DNA of 64,000 nt from an uncultured Planctomycetia bacterium (GTDB taxonomy: Bacteria > Omnitrophota > Gorgyraeia > JABMRG01): NCBI GenBank assembly GCA_964634945.1, contig CAZWMG010000004.1, forward strand, positions 52,528 through 116,527, written 5' to 3'. Below, piece after piece: positions 12,879 to 21,678 of the stretch. Position 1 is the stretch's first letter. The number at the start of each line of letters is the position of its first letter. The position numbers and the translations under genes were made by a program. The notes beneath the pieces were generated by a model. That model had not been told where the DNA came from and did not search any database. It saw only the letters and a program-made list of their open reading frames with translations.

Positions 12879-14492
12879 ATGAATAACGAGAAAAGATTAT
12901 TTTTAGCTATCGGCCTATCAGTGCTTATAATAGTAAGTTATCAAGCATATATGAGAAAGTATGCTAAACCGTATCATCCGCAAAGCATGAGTGATACGGT
13001 TGTAGAAACCGAAAAAGCGGCGCCGGTAATTCGCAAAACAACAAAAGTGCAAGAGGATTCTGTTAGCGTGCGCGCTGTTCCGGATATTACAACAACCGTA
13101 AGCAACGATGTTTTTACAGCAATTTTTACAGATAATGGGGCAGCGATAAAAGAGCTATATCTAATGCAATATTTAAATAGCGCAGGCGAGCCCACATTAC
13201 TATGCAGGCCAATAGAGCAGACACCGTACTTATTAGCAACAACAGAGAAGGCAGAGGCTATGCGCAAATGGCGCGTGGTTAGCAATAATAGCAATCATAT
13301 TGTGTATAAAAGCACACTAGATGGAATAGAAATAATTAAAACATTTAATTTCTATAACACTAAGCATATTATAGGGTTAGAAGTCGCAATACGCAACACA
13401 ACGCAGACACATAAACAGGTAAATTACGCACTTGGTAGTGGAGCGGTTGAGGCAAGTAGTGGCTACCTAGACAGTAGGTATATTGGGGCTGATGTGGATA
13501 TAGCGGGTAAGGTTCTGAGAAAGCGGCCATCAGGAAAAACCATAACAGACGGCATTTACGTAACCGGTTCCCCCGCATGGGTTTCAGTGCACGATAGGTA
13601 TTTTTCATTAGTCTTAAAGCCAGAGCAGCAAGAAGAAGGGGCGATCATAAAAAGCAGTACAAAGAAGAATATATGGTCAAGCATAATATCAGGGCCAGTG
13701 GCTTTAGGCCCAAGCCAAGTTGTTACGAGAAGCTACGTTCAGTATGCAGGCCCAAGTGATATTGCATCGATCTCAGAGTTAGGCGCATCAGCAGGCAATG
13801 TAATAAGTTACGGGTTTTTCCATCCCGTAGCAAAGGTGCTTTTCAGGGCCCTGCGCATGTTTTATCGAATAACAGGTAATTACGGTTTATCCATTATTCT
13901 TTTATCGCTTACTATCAGCTTAATAATGATGCCGCTTACGAGAAAGAGCCTGCATTCCATGAAGGCTATGCAGGCGATTCAGCCGGAAACAGAACAAATA
14001 CGCAAGGCCTATAGCGACAATCCGCAAAAAATGAACAAAGAGATCATGGATCTCTATAAAAAGCATAAGATAAATCCTGTAGGAGGCTGTTTGCCAATGT
14101 TGTTGCAACTGCCGATTTTTATGTCTCTATATCAGGTCTTGTTGCGTAGCGTGGCATTGCGTGGGGCACATTTTTTATGGATTAAAGATCTCGCAGGGCC
14201 GGATGCGGCATTTACATTGCCGCAAAAATTCCCAATAATTGGCAACCATATTAATATATTACCAATTTTAATGGCTATTGCTATGTGGGGACAGCAAAAG
14301 ATGTCACAGGGTGGAGGTAAGGAGGTATCAGACCAGCAAAAGATGATGGCAACAATCATGCCTATAATGTTTGGCTTTATCTTTTATAACATGCCTTCCG
14401 GTCTTGTATTATATTGGTTCACAAACACACTGTTTATGCTGCTCATACAGGAAGTCGTCTTAAAGGTGCGCAAACCGGCGATCAGCCAGTAG
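12879..14492 (+). CDS. yidC: Membrane protein insertase YidC (start at MNNEKRLFLAIGL; the track ORF begins at 12834)
   Basis: Large periplasmic domain, then the conserved C-terminal 5-TM core (PMLLQLPIF..LYQ). Confidence 0.9.
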   Translation: MNNEKRLFLAIGLSVLIIVSYQAYMRKYAKPYHPQSMSDTVVETEKAAPVIRKTTKVQEDSVSVRAVPDITTTVSNDVFTAIFTDNGAAIKELYLMQYLNSAGEPTLLCRPIEQTPYLLATTEKAEAMRKWRVVSNNSNHIVYKSTLDGIEIIKTFNFYNTKHIIGLEVAIRNTTQTHKQVNYALGSGAVEASSGYLDSRYIGADVDIAGKVLRKRPSGKTITDGIYVTGSPAWVSVHDRYFSLVLKPEQQEEGAIIKSSTKKNIWSSIISGPVALGPSQVVTRSYVQYAGPSDIASISELGASAGNVISYGFFHPVAKVLFRALRMFYRITGNYGLSIILLSLTISLIMMPLTRKSLHSMKAMQAIQPETEQIRKAYSDNPQKMNKEIMDLYKKHKINPVGGCLPMLLQLPIFMSLYQVLLRSVALRGAHFLWIKDLAGPDAAFTLPQKFPIIGNHINILPILMAIAMWGQQKMSQGGGKEVSDQQKMMATIMPIMFGFIFYNMPSGLVLYWFTNTLFMLLIQEVVLKVRKPAISQ

Positions 14493-14505
14493 CTAGTTTT
14501 TTTTC

Positions 14506-14534
14506 TTGACAGCAGTCAGGTTGTCAGGTAAGAT
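14506..14534 (+). promoter_or_regulatory. Sigma70-like promoter for parAB (TTGACA, 17 nt, TAAGAT)
   Basis: Read directly from sequence. Confidence 0.4.
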
Positions 14535-14596
14535 ATAAAGCAGCACAACACAAGCGCAATGATTCTATGTTCCACGTGAAACAAAAAGGGGATGGA

Positions 14597-15535
14597 TTGG
14601 GCAAAACCATATCAGTATGCAACCAAAAAGGTGGAGTTGGCAAAACTACCACATCGATTAACTTATCAGCTTATTTGGCTGCTGCGGGGCAACGTGTGCT
14701 TATTATTGATATCGACCCTCAAGCTAATGCAACAAGCGGCATCGGCGTAGACAAACAAGCTATTAAAAAGAGCATATATAATGTGTTAATAGATAACACG
14801 CCACTAAACGAGGTGGTTATAAAGACGCCGGTACAAAACATGTTTCTTGCGCCAGCGGATTTGCATCTGACAGGCGCACAAATAGAGCTAGTGAGCGCGT
14901 TTAATAGGGAGCAGCAATTAAAGAATAGCATCTTACCAATAAAACAGGATTATGATTTTGTTGTCATAGACTGTCCGCCAAGCTTAGGCTTACTTACGAT
15001 TAATGCGTTAACCGCATCAGAAACCACGCTTATTCCTCTACAGTGTGAATATTATGCCATGGAAGGCCTAAGCCAGTTATTGCACACAATAAAACTCGTG
15101 CAGAATAATCTCAATCCAGTTCTTGATATAGAAGGGGTTGTCTTGACTATGGCAGATTACCGTACAAAGCTGACAAATGAAGTCATAGGGGAGGCAAGGG
15201 CGTTTTTTAAAGAGAAGGTATATGATACGGTTATACCGCGCTCTATCAGGCTGAGCGAAGCTCCGGGCCATGGTAAGCCGGTGATGCTCTACGATCAACA
15301 CTCGAATGGCGCAGAAGCTTACAAGGCGCTTGCAGGCGAGATTATTAACCGTAACACATTACCACCATTAGGGTTAGACGATAAACAGGCTGATGCCCAC
15401 ACCACGATCCCGCAAGAACAGGCTAACCAGGACACGCAGAAAGACGTAGATATGCACGCAGCGGTTCCGGTTGAAAACGACACTATAGCGACCAAAATCA
15501 TAGAAGAGGACGGAGGCGATAATGGAGAAACATAA
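14597..15535 (+). CDS. parA: ParA/Soj chromosome-partitioning ATPase with an acidic C-terminal extension of about 60 aa. Likely TTG start after the AAAAAGGGGA RBS; alternative ATG at 14567.
   Basis: Deviant Walker A NQKGGVGKTT. Overlaps parB. Confidence 0.85.
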   Translation: MGKTISVCNQKGGVGKTTTSINLSAYLAAAGQRVLIIDIDPQANATSGIGVDKQAIKKSIYNVLIDNTPLNEVVIKTPVQNMFLAPADLHLTGAQIELVSAFNREQQLKNSILPIKQDYDFVVIDCPPSLGLLTINALTASETTLIPLQCEYYAMEGLSQLLHTIKLVQNNLNPVLDIEGVVLTMADYRTKLTNEVIGEARAFFKEKVYDTVIPRSIRLSEAPGHGKPVMLYDQHSNGAEAYKALAGEIINRNTLPPLGLDDKQADAHTTIPQEQANQDTQKDVDMHAAVPVENDTIATKIIEEDGGDNGET

Positions 15536-16391
15536 GGCATTGGGCAAGGGATTGCAAGCGCTTATACCAGAGGTGCAGGAGAGTGACACGAGCGAGTTGG
15601 CGGTTAGTGCGCGAACAGGCTTGACGACAGTGGCGATTTCAGAGATCAAACCTAACCGTTATCAGCCACGCACCGCTTTCAAGACAGAAAAATTAGATGA
15701 GCTCGTAGCGTCAATTAAAGAAAAGGGGATTGTGCAACCGGTGCTTGTCAGGAAAGCAGACATAGGATATGAGCTTATAGCCGGGGAGAGGCGTTTCAGG
15801 GCAGCCAAAAAATTGAATTTGCAAAAGATCCCTGTTATTATCAAAGACGTCGATGATGTTAACGCGATGGAGATAGCGCTTGTAGAAAATATCCAGCGGG
15901 AAGACTTAAACCCGATAGAGGAAGCCAAGGCGTACAAGCGCCTGAGTAACGAATTTGGTTTTACACAAGAAAAAATTGCCCAATCCGTAGGCCGCGACAG
16001 AACCTCAGTGACAAATATTTTGCGGCTGTTAAGCCTGCCGGGACAGGTACAGCAGTTGATCCTTGATGATGCCATATCAATGGGGCACGCGAGGGCCTTG
16101 CTCAGTATATCCGGCGAGCGTAAACAGTTAGCTATATGCGACAAGATAGTCCGTAAACGTCTTTCAGTAAGAGAGGTAGAGCAGTTGGTGAGGCCGCAGG
16201 CACCGAAGAGGGGGCAATCCGCGTATCGCAATCCGGACCTCCATATAAAGGCGGTTGAAGATGAGCTTCAGCAAGCTTTTGGCACAAAAATAAAGATCCA
16301 GCATGGTAAAAAACGCGGTAAAATCGTTATCGACTACTACTCTTTAACCGATTTGAACCGTATTGTAAAAATCTTAAAACATAAATCTTAA
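15522..16391 (+). CDS. parB: ParB/Spo0J partition protein
   Basis: GERRFRAAK motif and HTH. Confidence 0.9.
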   Translation: MEKHKALGKGLQALIPEVQESDTSELAVSARTGLTTVAISEIKPNRYQPRTAFKTEKLDELVASIKEKGIVQPVLVRKADIGYELIAGERRFRAAKKLNLQKIPVIIKDVDDVNAMEIALVENIQREDLNPIEEAKAYKRLSNEFGFTQEKIAQSVGRDRTSVTNILRLLSLPGQVQQLILDDAISMGHARALLSISGERKQLAICDKIVRKRLSVREVEQLVRPQAPKRGQSAYRNPDLHIKAVEDELQQAFGTKIKIQHGKKRGKIVIDYYSLTDLNRIVKILKHKS

Positions 16392-16399
16392 CATATATA

Positions 16400-16428
16400 T
16401 TGACTTTTTCGTAGCACAACATATAATA
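16400..16428 (+). promoter_or_regulatory. Promoter (TTGACT, 17 nt, TATAAT) upstream of the ndk leader
   Basis: Read directly. It is followed by a GATACTAGGTGC element. Confidence 0.4.
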
Positions 16429-16458
16429 AATAGATACTAGGTGCAAAGGAAAAAAAGC

Positions 16459-16514
16459 ATAAAGTATAAAGTATAAAGTATAAAGGATAAAGGATAAAGG
16501 ATAAAGGATAAAGG
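16459..16514 (+). repeat. Tandem heptanucleotide array: (ATAAAGT)x3 then (ATAAAGG)x5
   Basis: Seen directly in the 5' leader of ndk. Confidence 0.9.
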
Positions 16515-16607
16515 TATATGTCTTGATATGGAATAAACAATAGTCCGCAACTTACAACTTAATCGTTACAACTAAACACGAATATAACTTATTACAAAAG
16601 GCAAATA

Positions 16608-17108
16608 ATGGAAGAAGCGACATTAGTACTAATTAAACCAGATGGCCTGAAAAAATCATTAACAGGCAATATCTTAACGCGCCTTTCAGAGACAAAACTA
16701 GATATTGCAGCAGCTAGGATAGTGCATGTCAGCACAGGCCTTGCTAGAGAGCACTACGAAGCGTTGTCAGGCAAGCCGTTTTTTGATGACTTAATACAAT
16801 ATATAAGAGGCGAGTTCCACGAGAAGCGGAAAGTTATGGCAATGGTTTATTATGGAGAAGGCGCCATAGCGAAGGTGCGCCAGCTAGCAGGCGCGACTAA
16901 CCCGGAAGAAGCGGACGCGGTAAGCATCCGCGGGCAATATGGCCGCATTACGACAAAAGGTGTGTACGAAAACGTTATACACGCTTCAGCGGACAAGGAA
17001 GACGCGGAGCGGGAAATCAAGCTTTGGTTTGAGCCTGAGGAAGTCATAGTAGATCTCTATCCTACCAAAATGCACGAGAAGAAAATACTCGGTAAGGCCT
17101 GGGCGTAA
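16608..17108 (+). CDS. ndk: Nucleoside diphosphate kinase
   Basis: LIKPDG.., active-site NVIHASAD. 166 aa. Confidence 0.8.
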   Translation: MEEATLVLIKPDGLKKSLTGNILTRLSETKLDIAAARIVHVSTGLAREHYEALSGKPFFDDLIQYIRGEFHEKRKVMAMVYYGEGAIAKVRQLAGATNPEEADAVSIRGQYGRITTKGVYENVIHASADKEDAEREIKLWFEPEEVIVDLYPTKMHEKKILGKAWA

Positions 17109-17187
17109 ATAAGTTACAAGGCATAAGGATTTCCGCTGCAGGCGGGCCAGCCTTGGCTGGAAATACAAAATAGACGTTAATCCACGA

Positions 17188-17232
17188 CTTACAATTTACC
17201 ACTTACCACTTACCACTTACAACTTACAACCA
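17188..17232 (+). repeat. Tandem heptanucleotide array (ACTTACA / ACTTACC), about 6 copies
   Basis: Seen directly. The same family appears in reverse-complement orientation at 32046..32090. Confidence 0.85.
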
Positions 17233-17272
17233 ATCACGGATAAGACTCGTGATAAAAGCAAAGGCACAGCAT

Positions 17273-18154
17273 ATGTTGCGCAGTATGACAGGTTTCGGCA
17301 AAGGTGTGGCAGAAGGCAGGCAAGGCACAGTAAAAGTAGAGATCAAGAGCCTGAACTGTAAATTTTTTGAGGTGGTGAGCAAATTACCGCCTAACCTTAC
17401 TATGTTGGAAGATAAGATACGCGAGTTACTACAGAGACGCATATCGCGCGGCAGATTAACGCTCTTTTTAAGTTACACCTCGAGGGTGACAAAGGGTGAC
17501 GAAGTCCATATCGACAAAAAAATAGCAAAGCAGTACCATAATAGGATTAAGGCACTGCAAAAGTTTCTAGGCATTAAGGGAGATATCGAGCTTGAGCAGA
17601 TCATAGCCTTGCCCGGAGTCATAGCGTATCATCCGCAGGCAGACGACGCTAAGAAGCTTTGGCCGCTTATTTCTAAAGCGCTTGTCTTGTCTATAGAAGA
17701 CATTACACGCTCCAAGGCAAGAGAAGGAGCGATGCTGGGCAAGAACCTGCGCCAGATAGTCAAGACGGTTGAGGCCGGGCTTAAAAAGATACAAAAAAGA
17801 GCGCCTATAGTGGCGTTTGATTACAAGAAACGGCTCAGGCAAAATGTAAAGGCATTGACCGGCACCAGAAAGATACATAGCCCGGAAAGAATAGAAGAAG
17901 AAGCGGCTATCTTTGCGCGCAATTGTGATGTTACCGAAGAGATGCATAGGCTCTGTGCCCATATATCAGGGTTTAGAAAAATTCTTTCAAATAATGGGGA
18001 AACAGGCAGGCGGCTTGATTTTGTCGCGCAGGAGATGTACCGCGAGGCGAATACAATAGGCGCGAAGGCGAACGATTTTTTTATAGCAAAAGAGATCATT
18101 AAGATCAAGAGTCAAATAGAAAAAATAAGAGAGCAGGCTCAAAATGTCGAATAA
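17273..18154 (+). CDS. yicC: YicC-family (UPF0701) stress-induced protein. Start probably at [11 protein letters not shown]; the track ORF begins at 17249.
   Basis: N-terminal MxRSMTGFG motif. Conserved position upstream of DUF370-gmk-rpoZ. Confidence 0.8.
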   Translation: MLRSMTGFGKGVAEGRQGTVKVEIKSLNCKFFEVVSKLPPNLTMLEDKIRELLQRRISRGRLTLFLSYTSRVTKGDEVHIDKKIAKQYHNRIKALQKFLGIKGDIELEQIIALPGVIAYHPQADDAKKLWPLISKALVLSIEDITRSKAREGAMLGKNLRQIVKTVEAGLKKIQKRAPIVAFDYKKRLRQNVKALTGTRKIHSPERIEEEAAIFARNCDVTEEMHRLCAHISGFRKILSNNGETGRRLDFVAQEMYREANTIGAKANDFFIAKEIIKIKSQIEKIREQAQNVE

Positions 18155-18395
18155 GAAAAAGCAGTCAACATTGATCAGCTTAGGCTTTAATAATGTTGTA
18201 GTAAAGGATAAGATAGTTGCGGTTGTCGCCCCGGAGGCAGCGCCCATAAAGCGATTAAAAGAAGAGGCGCGGCAAAGCAAGAAGCTGATCGACGCTACAA
18301 GCGGCCGCAGGACCCGCGCGGTGATTATTACGGAAAGTGATCATATCATACTCGCGAGCGTACAACCGGAAACAATAGCACAGAGGTTTAGTTGA
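18144..18395 (+). CDS. DUF370 (RemA-like) small protein
   Basis: 83 aa in the conserved yicC-DUF370-gmk-rpoZ context. Confidence 0.7.
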   Translation: MSNKKKQSTLISLGFNNVVVKDKIVAVVAPEAAPIKRLKEEARQSKKLIDATSGRRTRAVIITESDHIILASVQPETIAQRFS

Positions 18396-19006
18396 TGGAG
18401 AAAAAGCACTTGCCTCGTTTTATTGACAGATATCTGAAGAAACAGGGTGCGCTCTTTGTTGTTTCTGGGCCTTCAGGATGCGGCAAGACTACACTCTGCG
18501 ACAGATTGCTGAAAAGCCGGCTAGGGCTTGTACGTTCTGTTTCAGCTACAACGAGAGAATTGCGGGGAAAGGAAAAGAACAACAAGGATTATATTTACAT
18601 CGGTAGGCAGGAGTTTAATAGACAGCTTGCAAAGGGCATGTTTCTCGAGCATGCGGAAGTCTTTGGACACTACTACGCTACGCCAAAGAAGTTTGTTGAG
18701 AAGAGCCTACGAAGCAACCAAGACGTGCTCATGAACATTGATGTGCAGGGCGCGGCACAGATAAAACGTAAGTTTAAACAGGCGGTGCTTATTTTTATTC
18801 TACCACCTACAATGGAGGCGCTTGAGGCAAGGTTGCGCAACCGCTCGTCAGATACGCGCTCCCAGATATGTAAACGGCTTGCGATAGCGCATAAGGAGCT
18901 AACGGCTATTAAGATATATGATTATGCGGTGATTAATGATAGGATAGATAAGGCGGTGCGCCAACTTGCGTCGATTATCACCTCTACACGGCAGCGAATA
19001 AAATAG
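18392..19006 (+). CDS. gmk: Guanylate kinase
   Basis: P-loop [10 protein letters not shown]. Confidence 0.9.
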   Translation: MMEKKHLPRFIDRYLKKQGALFVVSGPSGCGKTTLCDRLLKSRLGLVRSVSATTRELRGKEKNNKDYIYIGRQEFNRQLAKGMFLEHAEVFGHYYATPKKFVEKSLRSNQDVLMNIDVQGAAQIKRKFKQAVLIFILPPTMEALEARLRNRSSDTRSQICKRLAIAHKELTAIKIYDYAVINDRIDKAVRQLASIITSTRQRIK

Positions 19007-19016
19007 GAGAAGAATC

Positions 19017-19220
19017 TTGGATACCTTAAAGATACCACTCGAGAGTTTGTACGACAAGATACAAAGCATGTATAAGCTTGTTGCTTTGGCCTCTATGCGC
19101 GCGCTAGAATTGAACGCGGGCGCAGCGCAGTTGACAGAGAATGAGAGAAGCAATGTTCTACAGACAGCCTTGCATGAAATCCTGGAAGAGAAGATAACGT
19201 ACGCGCAGATCAATAAGTAG
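19017..19220 (+). CDS. rpoZ: RNA polymerase omega subunit
   Basis: 67 aa. KLVALASMRALEL helix. Follows gmk. Confidence 0.8.
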   Translation: MDTLKIPLESLYDKIQSMYKLVALASMRALELNAGAAQLTENERSNVLQTALHEILEEKITYAQINK

Positions 19221-19234
19221 TGATAGGATAAGCC

Positions 19235-19774
19235 ATGAAGAGACCAACTCTTTTGTTAGGCGTCAGCGCGGGTATCGCCGCATACAGGGCGTGCGATATA
19301 ATAAATTGCCTGAGACAGAACAATATAGAAGTTGTAGTATGTTTAAGCAAAGATGCCCATCATTTTGTCTCCCCGCTTGCGCTGCAGACATTGTCAGGCA
19401 ACCAAGTCTTCCAGGAGATGTTTAATGTTCAGGATGACTGGAACCCTGTCCATATCGCGCTTTCAGACAGAACAGATATAACATTAGTAATGCCCGCTAC
19501 ATCGAACATTATCTCAAAAGTAGCAACCGGCATATGCGACGATTTGCTTACCTGCACCATAGCCGCCTTCCAGGGGCCAGTGGTCTTCGCGCCTGCGATG
19601 AACGAGGCGATGTACGCGAATAAGATTTTGCAGGCCAACATCAAAAAGCTAAAGACCCTTGACTACCATTTTGTGGGCCCGATTAAAGGGCACCTTGCCT
19701 GTGGCAGGCAGGGCATGGGCCACATAGCAGACACAAAAGATATAGCACAGTTTATAAAGACCCTCCTCAAATGA
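19235..19774 (+). CDS. coaC: Phosphopantothenoylcysteine decarboxylase (flavoprotein; standalone CoaC)
   Basis: 179 aa flavoprotein fold. Stop overlaps the coaB start. Confidence 0.8.
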   Translation: MKRPTLLLGVSAGIAAYRACDIINCLRQNNIEVVVCLSKDAHHFVSPLALQTLSGNQVFQEMFNVQDDWNPVHIALSDRTDITLVMPATSNIISKVATGICDDLLTCTIAAFQGPVVFAPAMNEAMYANKILQANIKKLKTLDYHFVGPIKGHLACGRQGMGHIADTKDIAQFIKTLLK

Positions 19775-20448
19775 AGCCCATGAATATTATTGTTTCCGCA
19801 GGCCCGACACAAGAACCTATCGATCCCGTGCGTTTTCTTACGAATCACTCAACCGGCACAATGGGTTACGCTGTCGCTGAAGCGGCACGTGACGCAGGCC
19901 ACAATGTTGTGCTTGTGACCGGCCCCACTCAACTGGAGCCACCGCGAGGAGTGGACGTGATAGGGGTGACTACAGCAGTAGAGATGCACAGGGCCGTGTT
20001 GTCGCGTTTTGGGAAAGCAGATTGTGTGGTTATGGCGGCAGCGGTCTCCGATTTTAAGCCAGTACACTATAGCGCTAAAAAAATAAAACGCGCAGGTGCG
20101 GCGCGCACACTGAAACTTGCGAGAAATCCCGACATACTCTCGTTGCTTGGGCAGCAAAAGGGCGATAAGGTGTTGGTTGGTTTTTGCATGGAAACATCAG
20201 CGCTTATAGCCAATGCACGCAATAAGCTGAAAGCCAAAAACATAGACCTTGTAGTCGCGAATAAGATAGATGCGGGGAAAAGTGCTTTTGGGTCCGGCCC
20301 AACCTCGGTCTTTATTATTGGCCCGATGCGGCAGAAGGTAGCGCTTAAGGGTATGAGCAAGCGCAAGATCTCGCGGATTCTTCTTGAAAAGATAGAGCGT
20401 CTATGGTATAAAAGGTGTCCACATAAGGCGTACAAGAGTGCTTATTAA
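19771..20448 (+). CDS. coaB: Phosphopantothenate-cysteine ligase (standalone CoaB)
   Basis: 225 aa, DFP-domain motifs (AAVSDF). Split coaBC arrangement. Confidence 0.8.
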   Translation: MKPMNIIVSAGPTQEPIDPVRFLTNHSTGTMGYAVAEAARDAGHNVVLVTGPTQLEPPRGVDVIGVTTAVEMHRAVLSRFGKADCVVMAAAVSDFKPVHYSAKKIKRAGAARTLKLARNPDILSLLGQQKGDKVLVGFCMETSALIANARNKLKAKNIDLVVANKIDAGKSAFGSGPTSVFIIGPMRQKVALKGMSKRKISRILLEKIERLWYKRCPHKAYKSAY

Positions 20449-20461
20449 GTTTAGCGTATGA

Positions 20462-20536
20462 GGCGTGGTAGCCAAGTGGTAAGGCAACGGTTTGCAAAAC
20501 CGTTATTCATCGGTTCGAATCCGATCCACGCCTCCA
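20462..20536 (+). tRNA. tRNA-Cys (GCA)
   Basis: Cloverleaf: acceptor GGCGTGG/CCACGCC, anticodon loop TTGCAAA, T-arm ATCGGTTCGAATCCGAT, CCA encoded. Confidence 0.75.
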
Positions 20537-20593
20537 TTATGCGGAGAGGCAAAGGCAAGGGTAGAGGAAAAGGTATATAGCATACATTTATGT

Positions 20594-20670
20594 GGGCGGT
20601 TGGCGCAGTTGGTTAGCGCGTTTGCTTGACATGCAAAAGGCCGGAGGTTCAAATCCTCTACCGCCCACCA
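20594..20670 (+). tRNA. tRNA-Val (GAC)
   Basis: Acceptor GGGCGGT/ACCGCCC, D-arm GCGCAGTTGGTTAGCGC, anticodon loop TTGACAT, CCA encoded. Confidence 0.7.
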
Positions 20671-20791
20671 TGCACCACTCACTTTGCTTATATGGTGCAT
20701 GCCCTGAACCCGAACTGCGAAGCAGTGAGTGGTTTAGGGCAAGTCACGATTCCCGGGTGCTGTTACGAAGGAATTACAAAAGGTCACAAAA

Positions 20792-21208
20792 ATGAAGAAG
20801 CTGCTTAGTGCGATATGCTTGATATTGCTTATAACAAACAATGTAATGGCAGCAGGATCGCCCGCGACAGAAGTTGACGTGTTAGCAAAGTCGAGTTCAA
20901 GTTGGGACGGAGAAACGTTGCCGGAATATCCAGAAGGCGCGCCGGAGGTAACTATCTTGCGCATCACTATCCCCCCAGGCACACAGCTGCCAATACATGA
21001 ACACCCGGTAATAAACGCGGGCGTATTGTTATCAGGCGAACTGACTGTAAAGACAGCAGATGGCCACACGCTGCACTTAAACGCGGGGGATCCGATTGTA
21101 GAAGTTGTGGATACGTGGCATTACGGTACAAACGAAGGTAGCCAGCCAGCAGAGATAATAGTTTTCTATGCTGGTATAAAGGATATGCCAATAACAATAA
21201 AACAGTAA
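20792..21208 (+). CDS. Secreted cupin-domain protein
   Basis: Signal peptide MKKLLSAICLILLITNNVMA. Cupin motif PIHEHP..G. Confidence 0.65.
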   Translation: MKKLLSAICLILLITNNVMAAGSPATEVDVLAKSSSSWDGETLPEYPEGAPEVTILRITIPPGTQLPIHEHPVINAGVLLSGELTVKTADGHTLHLNAGDPIVEVVDTWHYGTNEGSQPAEIIVFYAGIKDMPITIKQ

Positions 21209-21423
21209 TATGAGAAGGGTAGGCACCTTGCGACAACCAGGCGCCCGCCCTTTTTCTGCTTTGGGCCGACAGCCCACAGTTGGCAGCTGACAAATGGTAG
21301 ATAAAAGGTAATGTGATAGGCAGGAGCATTAGGGTATTATATAACAAAATATAGTTTTATTATACTTAGTTTAACTCAAGGCAACTATATTGCCTTATTA
21401 TAAGTATAAAGTATGAGTAATGA

Positions 21424-21452
21424 TTGACAAAGCATACCTTTTTTGGTATATT
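21424..21452 (+). promoter_or_regulatory. Promoter (TTGACA, 17 nt, TGgTATATT) for tRNA-Leu/thrS
   Basis: Read directly. Confidence 0.4.
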
Positions 21453-21519
21453 ACGCACAGAACTATGCGCCATGCTCCATTTATCAGTAGGGGTTTGTTT
21501 GCGCGTAGCAGTTTTAAGT

Positions 21520-21608
21520 GCCGGGATGGCGGAATTGGCAGACGCCTTGGACTTAAAATCCAATGGGCAGTAATGCCCGTGCCGGTTCAAGTCCGGCTCC
21601 CGGCACCA
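21520..21608 (+). tRNA. tRNA-Leu (TAA), type II with a long variable arm
   Basis: Acceptor GCCGGGA/TCCCGGC, anticodon loop CTTAAAA, variable stem GGGCA/TGCCC, T-arm GCCGGTTCAAGTCCGGC, CCA. Confidence 0.8.
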
Positions 21609-21678
21609 TGCACCACTCGAAAAAACCATAAGGTTGTTTCTCGGATGCATGGCAGGCCACAATTCACAGGAGATAATT

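Noticed and set aside
16446-16515. Possible CRISPR array (short direct repeats)
   Set aside because: The repeats are 7 nt and contiguous, without spacers. They are tandem microsatellite-like heptamers, not CRISPR. No cas genes.
21609-21678. T-box leader upstream of thrS
   Set aside because: Only about 70 nt are available, with no specifier-loop, T-box consensus (AATTAGGGTGGTACCGCG-like) or antiterminator visible.
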